Shown here one piece after another: positions 1 to 10,812 of a DNA stretch of 64,000 nucleotides. Position numbers and translations under genes: made by a program. The DNA comes from Selaginella moellendorffii. Its lineage: Eukaryota; Plantae; Lycopodiophyta. The notes beneath the pieces are model-generated. The model had not been told where the DNA came from. It saw only the letters and a list, made by a program, of their open reading frames with translations, and did no database searches. The DNA is taken from NCBI RefSeq assembly GCF_000143415.4, contig NW_003314279.1, positions 682,130 through 746,129 of the forward strand, read 5' to 3'. Positions within the stretch are counted from its first letter, which is position 1; every line of letters starts with the position of its first letter.

Positions 1-89
1 AATTGTCCTTGGTTAAATAAAAAGACTGTCTTAGTATAAGTTGACTATAGTAAATATGGTGTAAAACACTTATTTGCACAAACTTGAAT

Positions 90-900
90 TAAGATATGCT
101 CATAACTAATGATGCATGACTATATAGAGCCATAATTGCTGCCAATAGAGGTAAAAGAAAATCCCATAGCTCAAATGTTATTTTCTTTTTGGCAATTGAA
201 TACAATAATACCTCATACTTACAATGTCCTTTTGCAGTTTTTTTTCTTTTATGATTTGGTTTTATGAAAGGAAAATGAGAGATCAAGATACCTTAGAGTC
301 TACTAATAAGGCTTTTTATTAGATCACTTTTGATATGCAAAAGATAGGCATTTCTCTTGCTTCTAACAACCAACCACTTAGAACTTCACTAATGTTACAT
401 ATTAAATGACCAAAATGATGATCTTAAAATAAAGTGATTCCCCAATGGACTTCCACTCCAATATGAACAAGGGTAATTTGAGATTTAATCTCTTCTACTA
501 CTTTTGTAAATGCCATCAATCATTGTCAATCACCCCAAAAGTAATCAAATATAAGTTTTAAAAATTTTGAGATAAATAAAAATTGAAACTACACTAAGAT
601 TTTTAAATGTTATATAGCTTAAAAATTGTAAGCAAGCAATGAAAAACACTTAACTTGAATATAAGTTTTGTGCTTTTAAGCAAATCGTTGTTCCTTTTTA
701 ATGGTCCAGATTTTATGATAATTTATTTTAATGGATAAGAGTTTTTACTAAGCATAGTGTTTAAAAATTTTTAATTACCATACATCTTTGGTTTTATTAG
801 TCTGATGGTTCTAAACTATTTACCAATAGTACTTTTGATCATGCTTGGAAAAAGGAACAAGAGATTATTCTAAAGCTTTTAGAGTCTACTCTTCTTTGTC
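90..900 (-). mobile_element. Highly decayed Mutator-like (MULE) transposase remnant
   Basis: AT-rich, stop-ridden minus-strand frames read 'HFGHLICNISEVLSGWLLEAREMPIF' (like MuDR 'G.MT.N.AES.N.WL.EAR.LPI') and downstream 'YEV...YWQQLWL..SHA' (eroded SWIM finger). Confidence 0.45.
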
Positions 901-1026
901 TTGATTTGATCTTGATGCTCTTTTCGGAGTATAAGAAAAATATTAATAAAAAATTTCCGGATCCATTTATTTATTGATCTTACTAGCCGCTGCTTTTCAG
1001 CATCCACACAGCAAGCGCGAGGAGCA

Positions 1027-2540
1027 ATGGCTGGGAGGTGAGCAGACCACTGACGAACGAGGCCTATAGAGGGTATGGAGACTTTCTGCTGCTCCGCCTA
1101 GACAACCGAGTCCTCGGCCAAGTTTTTCGGGCGCTAGGCGAATGTGATGGCGCCACGGGCTGCTTCCAGGCGAATCTCCTAGACCAGACGCTCAAGTACA
1201 CCGAAATCGTCAGCAGCGAATTCCCCCCACCCGCTGAAAAACCACTCGGGTTTGACGACATAGGCGACTACCCCATCCCATATACACACATGATCAAGCT
1301 CGTGGACGACGCCACGGAGAATGCAATCCGCTGCTGCCGTGGAGAGCGACCCATCCATCACCGCACACAGGAAGAAACTCCCTCGTGTACGACGTTTGCC
1401 GGAATGTTGCCTGCCGAGCCGGGAAGGAAATCTTTGCCGGGGAGCCAAACGTGTACGAGTTGAAGGAGCAGGCGCGTGCGTTTGCCGCTGAGTGCTATGC
1501 CGGCATCTTTGGTCTGCAGTCCACAAGCCTCACCGCTCTTGTCCATGAGCGCTCTCGATCATTTGCTACACCTGTCGTTCCACGCACTTTCTTCTCCAGC
1601 GATCACTTGAAATTGATGAGGTGTGCCAGGAGCCTCGAGTTGGCGCAGGAGGTGGCTGATGCCGGGGGACTGCCGGAATTCCCTCATCATGGAGGTCTCG
1701 TCTACAACTTTGAGAAGAAACACGCTTACAGCTGCTGCTATACTGCCACAAGTACAATAAAGGTATGGCTTCGATCCTGCCTGGAGTGTTTTAACTTCGG
1801 TTCTTTCTGTGGCTTGCTGGATATGACGAGCGCAAGCTATTGTGGTTGTCCTTCTAGAACCAGCAGTTCTACACTGTCGATGTGCAAGTGCCCGGTGAAT
1901 AATTTGCAGACGTTATCTTAAATTTTTTTCTTGCGTACAGGTCTCACGTCGCTGGATCAAGTGAGTGTTGTAAAAGATGGACAGGGCATGCGTGTTTCCA
2001 CGGAGAAGGACGTGTTCCGCCCCGACAGGCTTGCGGTTCCTCCTTATGCCGACGTCCGCAGTGCAATACATAATCTCCAGGATGAGATTCGCACCATTCG
2101 CCTTCCCAAGGGGCCTTTGCGTTCAAAGGGACAGCTTCAACAGTGCCAATTGACAACTTGGATGATCAATCTTATGTTTTTCTTTTTCCTTCTTTTAATT
2201 TCTTGTTTTTCTCTTCTTCTCTGCTGTAGCCAAGAGGCGATCCATCAGGGCAAATACAGCAGATGACGAGCATCACCACATTCTTTGTGTCGAAATTCCA
2301 GGTATGTCTCTGAAAACTCTCACGTTTTCTTGGCTTGTTGACCATGCAGGCTTGTCGCGAGAGGAAGTGATTGTGGACTGTGCATGGCCGGAACTCATCG
2401 TTAAGACCAGCGGCAACGTCTTCAAGCAAAAGAAGCTTAAGCTTCCCTCTGGTGCTGACGTGAAGCAGGCTAAAGCGTCTTTCTGCAATGGCTTGCTTAC
2501 CATTCGCGTTCCTAAGAGTGCAGAGCTAACTTTTCAGTAG
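1027..2540 (+). CDS. Protein with unknown N-terminal region and two tandem alpha-crystallin/HSP20-like domains (5' structure uncertain)
   Basis: Spliced exons give 'FYTVDVQVPG|LTSLDQVSV...ADVRSA..LQDEIRTIRLPK' and 'ILCVEIPG|LSREEVIV...LPSGADVKQAKASFCNGLLTIRVPK'. Confidence 0.6.
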
Positions 2541-4019
2541 CACTTTTTGTTTATGATGCCTGTTCTAATGTCATGTGCTTGTAATATTGTTATATAAAGC
2601 GTCTAATTTCTATTGAGATTATTGTGGCGCAATCGCCCGCATGGATCTTCCGGAAGCTGTCGAAAATTCCTGCGGCTCCATACATCTAGATCTCAGGTCT
2701 CGGATTTTCGTAAAGGGCATGTAGCCAATAATCCTGATTGTGTGTTCAAGCAAAAAAAGAGAGAGAAAGTTGCTGGAGTAGAATCGAATAGTAACTTGAT
2801 TAATCGTTGTCTAATCACGGTGTTAGCTATGGTTAGCTCTTTTCTATTTCTGAAGCAATAGATTTTCTTTTTCCACTATAGGTACAAGAAATGTTCAAAA
2901 TTCAGCATGAGACCTAAGGATTCAAGAAGCATGAGACCGAATGATCCCCACTACCATAAGTTCAGCCGATGTCTAGTTTGGTTTTATCTATGCATTACTT
3001 AAAAGTGGCTTTCTTTATAAATACCTGCATGATAGATAGAAGAGTGAGACGAACGATCTTAAATAACTAGACGTTTGCACTACTTTGTCTTCGTAATGTA
3101 TTACCAAAAAAGTGACTTTCTCATAAAATTGTGGGCTTTTATATGTGAGTTTTGAGTAATAAGCCAAGCCTCAGAAAGAAGAATACAGTACTGACAGGTA
3201 TATTCACTTTTCTATCGTAAATTGCACCGTGACAGATTGTTGGCTCCAAACATGTAGTTCCAAGCGAGAAATATGCTGCCAAGGATCACGCACAAGGTTC
3301 TTGGGCCAGGAAAGAGAAAGCTGCATATACATCAACTACATCACAACTTGGAGAAGCAGGCCAATATATCAAGAAAAAGCATTCTCGGAGCTGTATTACA
3401 GTGCATTGGTGCGCTCCAATTCGGATGTCACACCGGATAGTGAAGCGATTTCTTTCCAGCTCCAAAGGTGGAAGCTACGAAGAGAAAAAGACAGAGAATA
3501 ACCGTAGCAGCTCAGTTCGCCCAAGATCCCTTGAGCTAGAGAAAATTTCCGTCTACTCTTTTGAATGACAAAAGTAAACAAAGGCACCTTTTCAGATTGT
3601 GCCAGTAACAAGTATCATTGGCCATGCCACACCTTAGAGATTCCGTGATCTAGCAAGGATCAAAAAGGCAAGCAGAGAAAAAGAAAGAAAAAAGAAAGGG
3701 AAGATCCTTGTGAAAGCAGCGAAAGTTTCTCGAGCTTACGTAAGGGACGAAAAAGGAAGAGAAAAGCGGCAAAAGTTTCTCGAGTCGGATCTAGGAGAAA
3801 TTGAAAGTCACAAGAGAAATCACCTGGCAATAAACCCTAAATCCCGATTTGTAGCCCTAACTCCGTTTGGACGGGAATCGAACCGCCAACGTTTTCTTTC
3901 GCTAATTCAAGATAGACGCCTTTAGAGCCTTTAGAAGGCAGCGGTTTGTTATGTTTTCTTGCTTCTTGTTTGCGTTCTATAAGGAGGAGGAGCGGCGGCG
4001 CGATGAACCGGAGAGCTGG

Positions 4020-5541
4020 ATGGCCGAGAAGATCCTCCACCACCACCACCACCACCACCGCGACCTCCATTCCCTCCTCACCACCTCCACCACCGCCGCA
4101 TTCCTCACGCTCGTCTTCGTTACCGCCCTTCTACTCTGCGCTCTCTACTCGGATTCTCCCTCCACCCCGGCTTTCATCCTCCGGAGCCTCTCGGGCGCCG
4201 CCGCCGCCGTCTCCTCCACGCTCTCCGGCCAAAGCTCCCGCCTTTTGCCTCCGCTAGTCCAATCTCCATCGCCATCTCCGTCTCCATCTCCCTCGTCTCC
4301 CTGCGATCCAGAGAAAGCCCAGCGATTGCGCGGCGATCCAGAGAGGAGTAGTAGAGGGCGATGGATCTACGACGAATCCTATCCACTCTACGAATCCCGG
4401 TCGTGCCCATTCATCGACGATGGGTTCCGGTGCTCCGAGAATGGGCGCCCGGACCTCGGCTACCTCAAGTGGCGGTGGAGCAGCGCCGAGAACCTCCGCG
4501 CGCCGGATCCGCGCGCCATCCTCGACCGCCTCCGCGGCCAGCGCGTCGTCTTCGTCGGCGATTCCATCGGCCGCAACCAGTGGGAGTCGCTGCTGTGCAT
4601 CCTCGCGCAGGGCGTGGCCAACAAGTCGCGGATCTTCGAGGAGAACGGCGAGGCCATCACCAAGCACACGGGATTCCTCTCGTTTCGGTTCCAGGACTAC
4701 AACTGCACGCTCGAGTACTACCGATCGCCCTTCCTGGTGCCGCAGGGCCGGCCACCGCCGGGCAGCCCCGCCAAGGTCCGATCGGCGATCCATGTCGATG
4801 TCTTGGACTGGACGTCGTCCAGGTGGATTGGCGCGCGCATCCTCGTCTTCAATGCCGGGCACTGGTGGAATTACGAGAAGACGCTGCGCGGGTGAGCTGC
4901 CCAATCCATCCCATCGATCGTCAGTTACTCTTTTCGATCGGATTCTCCCCCTCTTCCTAACTGTTTCGCATGAACCCTAAAAACAGGGGATGCTACTTCG
5001 CCCAGCGCAACAGGGTGAACGTGACAATGCCCGTGGGCGACGCGTACGCGCGCGCGATCCACACATGGGGCGAGTGGGTGCGCCAGCGGATCGACACCAG
5101 CGCCACCGCCGTCTTCTTCCGATCCTACTCGTCGGTCCACTTCCGGTATCGCGAAATCCCCAAAACAGAGCACTCTGTTCTAAAGCTCCTCTCTCCTAAT
5201 CTCTTTCTTTCTTTCTTGCCAGGAATGGGACATGGAGGAGTGGCGGGCACTGCGATCGCGAGACGATGCCCGGCCAGGCGAGCGATGGCGGGCAGCGGAG
5301 GGAGGAGGCGTGGACGACGCGCATCGCCCGCGACACGATTGCGAAGCTCCGCGGCGTGAGATTGCTCGATATCGGGGAGATGACCGATTTGCGGAGGGAC
5401 GGCCACCCATCGCTGTGGTACCGGGGACCCAACGCTGGGCCGGCGGCGCGGAGCAAGCAGGACTGTAGCCACTGGTGCTTGCCGGGCGTCCCAGATACTT
5501 GGAACTTGCTGCTACTTCACCATCTCTGGCAAGATCTCTGA
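4020..5541 (+). CDS. TBL: Trichome birefringence-like (TBL) polysaccharide O-acetyltransferase, 3 exons
   Basis: TM anchor, '[23 protein letters not shown]', GDS motif ([16 protein letters not shown]) and '[15 protein letters not shown]'. Introns 4892-4986 and 5146-5222 keep the frame. Confidence 0.95.
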
Positions 5542-5716
5542 CCATTCTTCCTTGTTTGCCTTTTCGATCGCCGCCACCACTGCCTCGATTCGCAAAGTGA
5601 CCGAGCGGTTCCACGATTCTCCAGTGATCGAGCGAGTCTTTTTTTCGGACGACTGTATATGACAAGAGTTCTTTCTCTGCACAGCAATAAAGAAACCTTT
5701 AGCTTCCATGAGCGTT

Positions 5717-5764
5717 GACGACAAGCTTAGTTACCTCCTCGACGACAAGCTTACTTACCTCCTC
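5717..5764. repeat. 24-bp tandem duplication in the convergent 3' region
   Basis: gacgacaagcttagttacctcctc / gacgacaagcttacttacctcctc. Confidence 0.85.
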
Positions 5765-5818
5765 GATCGTTGGAACTGCCTTTTCGGAGTCGTAGCGTAC
5801 TTTAGAGCGCGCTGGCTT

Positions 5819-8800
5819 TTAAGTTGGAATGTCGACTTTGCGGGTCTGCGCGTTGAAGAGCTGTACGAGCTCGCTCGGCGACGTTGCGTCTTCCGGGGAC
5901 TTGTCGGTCCTCTCGCCCACGAATCTGGGGAAGCGTAAGGAAATGCCTCGGTCTGGATGGACTAGGCCAGCGGCTGCCTGGTGAACCGGGGAGATTGTAT
6001 AGTCTGCATTAAACAAAAGAAACGCAATCACAACTGATAGCTTTTGTGCTGATTATTCTCACCAGCGCCGCGAATCTCCCACACTTTAGCAGCTGCGAAC
6101 CACACATCAGGCCGCTCCAAAGTTTGATAGTAGCTTGGTTTTTTGCTTAGAAGCTTGTCCTCCGAGTAAAACTCCTTCATCTGGAGAGCAATGAAACGCA
6201 GGACGGATCATACAGAGCATTTACCTGCTCGTAAAAGGCGTCGGTGAAGCCGGACATTGATCAGGATCGTAGCATGCAAGGAGAAACGGGCTATGCCTGC
6301 AGAGGACTTGATGAGCAAAGACTGGAAGCTATTTCTTTGTACGTACCATCCAGCTTTGCGTCCATTCCCATACCAAGCTCCAATAGGTACAAGGTCAAGA
6401 CTATCGCTCAATCCCTCCACATAATCTCGCTTCAGCTGTTCACACATACTTCAAATGATTATCAGCACAAAATTCAAAGAATCACCTTGAGCCAAGATTC
6501 TGCTCTTTTTGCTGGAGCGTAAAACGAGCCTTCGTCCAGGGCCTTTACCATTAATCCTTCACATGAAGCAGCAATAGCTTGTCCCAAGAAGTCCTGGATA
6601 TGCTCCGTGTTATGCTCCTCGGGTGTGAACTGCAAAAGCCTAGAGTCGGTTCTTACCTTTTAAACTTAGAACCACTTACAGTCTTCTCCGCCGCAAAATC
6701 GAGATAACCAGGCCTTACTTCTGGAAACAAGTCATGCATGCGTCGTCTCCTGAGCCTGAGAGGTGCTTTTACAAGCCTGCCAAAACTTACACGCTATGAT
6801 CAGGCAAATTCCGACGGAACAAGGAAAAAACTCACGGTTCACCATCCACGTACATAACATCGAAGACGAAAACGCAAACGTTGACCTGCGAGAATCTTTT
6901 CACGGTATGCTAGCAAGAACATGGGCTGTACGCACCGTAATTTTGTCCAAATCCACACCCGTCCCTGTTCGTCCCCCTCTCTCACGAGTACTGAGTGACT
7001 GGAAGGCCATTAACTTATTGTTGTTTGCCCTGTCAACTGCGACCAGCTGACAATACAGTTTTAGAATAAGGCCATACCAGAATCAAGAAACGATCAGACC
7101 TCTGCGTCGATGATAAATGATCGGCTGTCTCTTTTGATCGTTGACGACTTAATAATTTCGACCACATCCGGGAAACGCGACGTTGAATTCTCGCAATTAC
7201 GAGAAAAGATTCGAACGGATCCGTCGTCTAAAAGATGAATTTGTGCTCGAAAGCCATCATACCTGTCGAGAAAAAAAAAAACTGTTACTAAATTTACATC
7301 TCGCTCCTATACATACTTAAACTCCGACGTAAACGATTTTCCTTCAAAGATTTTCAACACGTCAGGGACCCCGTTTGCAATTCTGTAATTAAACGTTGTT
7401 ATGGCCAAAGAAAAAAAGTTGAATGTGTGCAACATACTTTGCTAGCATGGGCTTTATGGGAATTCCAGGGGTTAAAACCATCCTCGTAGCTAGTGCTACC
7501 ATGCCTTGTTCTAGTAGAAACGGAACTAGTATGTCCTGAGTCACAGGAATTGAGTGACATGTAAAACAATGTTACTACTTACAAAATTTGGAACAAGATT
7601 GAACGCCTCTACAATTAGCGCTGACACTTCCTGTGATCAACTCTTGACAAAGGAGCGTGTAAGATAAAAGAGCGTACCTGATGCTTCAAGGCCGCTACTG
7701 CAGAATTGTCCCGATGTAATACAACCGCTTCTGCCAGAGCTGGAAGAACCGTTCGTACCATAGCACCAATTCTCATGTTCTGTACCTGTTTGGATCATTA
7801 CTAAAGAATAATTATTTGGTCGTCATTGTCCTACCAGAGTGCGTACAAGATATGTGACTTCCTTCTCACGGCATGATCGCAGGAGACCCACAACCATGTT
7901 TTTCTTGCGACTACTGCTTCCGATGCCGGTTTCTTTGCTGAAAAGGAGGCTCGGTGATCGGATTTAAGATGACCACCAATTTCACCTTATCTGCTTTAAT
8001 GTGCTGAAAACGTGACGTATCAGTAATGGTTGCGGATTCCTCAGCATGGATTGTGTTTGCTTGCATGCTTGTGCAACGTCACCTGCAAAACAGAAACACA
8101 TTCCTCAGTACTTTGCGTAGCTAAACAGAGTGACGCACCCAGATCGCCCATACGGTTGTACATCTCCTTAAGTTTGGACTTCGGTGTTCCTGTTGCTTCT
8201 TCAATAGCCATAACCACGGTAGCTGTTCCGATGCTCAGGTCCTAAGAACAAGTAGACTAGTCATAAACTGATGAAAACCATCCTTTGAGCACGCCGTATG
8301 AGACAGAAAGACAACTAACCACATTTTCATAATCGGGGGCGATACGATTTGTTGTCAAATACAGTGCAGCAAGAACATCTGCCGATGACAGCGCTAGCAA
8401 ACTGCAGGACAAGTTTTGCAAATACTAGATAAACAAAGAGAAAAGAATGTCAGCGTACCTCCGGAACATGTTACACAGCATTTCTGTGGTCCGATTACGA
8501 CCACTCTCTTTCTCAACGAGTTCAAACGTGCGTGCCAGATGCAAGTATGGTGCTAGTTCATCGGCTTTCCAGCAAGCTAACACGAAAAGAAAAAGGAGAG
8601 ACAACTAAGCTTAGACATAAGATAATAGAAAACTATACCGTGGTGGACAGGATCATAGCTGTTGAGTGGTAATGCTACGTATGTTGCTCTAGAGCTTTCT
8701 TTGGGTTGTGATAATCGACCACTTGAAACGTTTCCATCCAGCCTGCCTTCGCTCATGTCATCTATTGTTTCCACCGCCACTGCTGTCGAAGGATCTTGCA

Positions 8801-10694
8801 AGTTCTCCTCGTTACAATCTTTCAATGTTATAGCTGGTACCTGTGAGATGTTGGCGGAATTGAAATGCAAGTCTAGTGCTGCCGCGATATCCCCGCCTCC
8901 CTTTTCTAGTAAAGCCAACGCTGAAGGTTCAGACACCTCTAACATGGTGACTAGCTGCTTCACCTTTTGATCAGTTGTCGTTCCAGAGCTCCTACTTTCT
9001 GTTGCTTCGGACGACGCGGATTCTTTCTTGAAGAACGAAAGAAGAGACCTTTGGCCGCTGATTAATGCGTTCTTCGTCTTACTTTTAGATCCTCTAGACT
9101 TGTTTATAGTTGGAACTTTCGTTGGTCTACCGGGAGGCGGTGTTGCTGGAGGATGCTTCGGCCCTTTAGCACTCTGAGAACTACAGGATCTCAGAGTGAT
9201 CGTTGTGCCTGTGTCCTTCCGTTCTGGTGAAGCGTGCTGTTTGCAAAAAAGAGCCACCGCGGCATTAAGGTCTCCCGATGCTTCCAAGAGCAGCTTCTCA
9301 ATCTGTGTATCCGAGACCGACTCAGGTAGGACGCTCTTTAGCTGCATTTTCGTCTCGATATTCTCGTTACTTATATCGTTGCTTCCATCGTTCTGCTCAA
9401 AATCTTCCCTGCTCCTCCTCCTGGCATTACGTCCAAAGGCAGTCAGATGCTCGCTGCAATCCTCGTTTTCTACCTCCGGTGTTTTATTCGTCGCTTTCCT
9501 GTTAAAGCCTTTAAGGAACTTCCTCTTGCTTCCAGTCTCGTCCACGAGATTACGAAAGTGTTTCTTCATAGCGTCCGCGGTCTTGCTGTCCATGCCTTTG
9601 TCATCAAGCCCGACCGTCGGAAAGACTTCTCTTGGCCTTACGAATCCCACGTACTCCCTCAGCTCTTCATAGTTAGAATGCTCGCTGCATGGCACCAGAT
9701 GAATTTCCAGTGAGCCCCTTTTCCTCACTGGAAAAGTTGCCTCGTGCGTCCAGCCCGTTGGAACGAAACCAACCACACGATCAACCTTGTTTTCCAGGCA
9801 CAACATCTCCATATTGCTGAAGTTGGGACGGAAGAACGGCCAAGTCTCCCCAAGAACATTCCAGCCTACAACATGCACGGAGCTCCGTGCTTGATCGGTC
9901 GTGAAGCAAAGGATTGCCTGCTCTCCCAAATCCAAGCACTTGAGCAACGCGAGCTTCTTCTCGTTCACGTAAATCATGCACTTGCACCTCTCAGCCACGG
10001 CCAACAAAATCTTCTCCTTCCCAATCACGTACGTGGATATCAGGAACAGCGTGCGCTGCTGGCTTCTCTCCTCTTCCAGCATCATCCTCTCGATGGTCTC
10101 TGCGATATAGCTGATTGACTCTTCCTGTGCTGGAAACACGAACTTTGGATTGCAGTACGTGGTGTCCAGGAACACGGCATCGGCTCCAACAAAGTTGCAA
10201 AGCGAGGCATCCTCCTTCATCACCGGCGTAAACCTCATATCCCCCGTATGAACAAACCGAGTTCCGTGCTCGGGGACCTCCACCAAGAACTGCACAGCCC
10301 CGGGGCAATGATTCGCATCAACCAGCGTCACTTGGCACTCGTCAATCCAGATCACAGAGTTCATCGCAAGCTCCACCACGAAATCCCGGCGAACACCCAG
10401 CGCCTCCACCACCAAGCGCCCGGTCACCTGCGAGCAGAAGATCATCCCCTTGTCCCACGACGGCGCCAGCCCGGCGTAGTGATCGCCGTGGAAGTGCGTG
10501 AGGAAATACGCCCTGGACCAGTCCCCAGCACACTGCGCCCCGAATCCATCCACCACGAATCGAGTACCTGGAATGCGCTTGTGGAAGGGAAAATCCGATG
10601 GAAATCTCGAATAGCTGTGGCCGCCGCCGCCGCTAGCGCCATCGCCGCTGGCGCTCGCGCGGCGCCAGAGATCGAGCGAGGAGAGCGCTACCAT
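5819..10694 (-). CDS. LIG6: DNA ligase 6 (SNM1/PSO2-type metallo-beta-lactamase fused to ATP-dependent ligase), multi-exon
   Basis: HFHGDH, DANHCPGA, HTGD and SEHS beta-CASP motifs. Ligase motifs are SEFK|YDGFRAQIH (split by an intron), 'LKRDYVEGLSDSLDLVPIGAWYGNGRKAGW' and 'SLRFPRF'. Confidence 0.93.
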
Positions 10695-10717
10695 AGACGT
10701 TAGCTAGGGCAACTTCA

Positions 10718-10793
10718 TAAACCCTAACTTTTGAAAGTTTTCCGCCATTAGGGTAACTCTATATAAGCCCTAAGTTTTGAAAGTTTCCCGCCA
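10718..10793. promoter_or_regulatory. Duplicated 26-bp module with telo-box-like, TTTGAA and E2F-like sites upstream of LIG6
   Basis: ccctaacttttgaaagttttccgcca (10722-10747) and ccctaagttttgaaagtttcccgcca (10768-10793). TTTCCCGC fits the E2F consensus. Confidence 0.6.
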
Positions 10794-10812
10794 GTTTAGT
10801 GTTTGAAAAAGT

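Noticed and set aside
4174-4980. Long alternative-frame and antisense ORFs over TBL (also over PARP, PPRs and CYBDOM)
   Set aside because: Expected shadows of GC-rich codon usage with no recognisable motifs.
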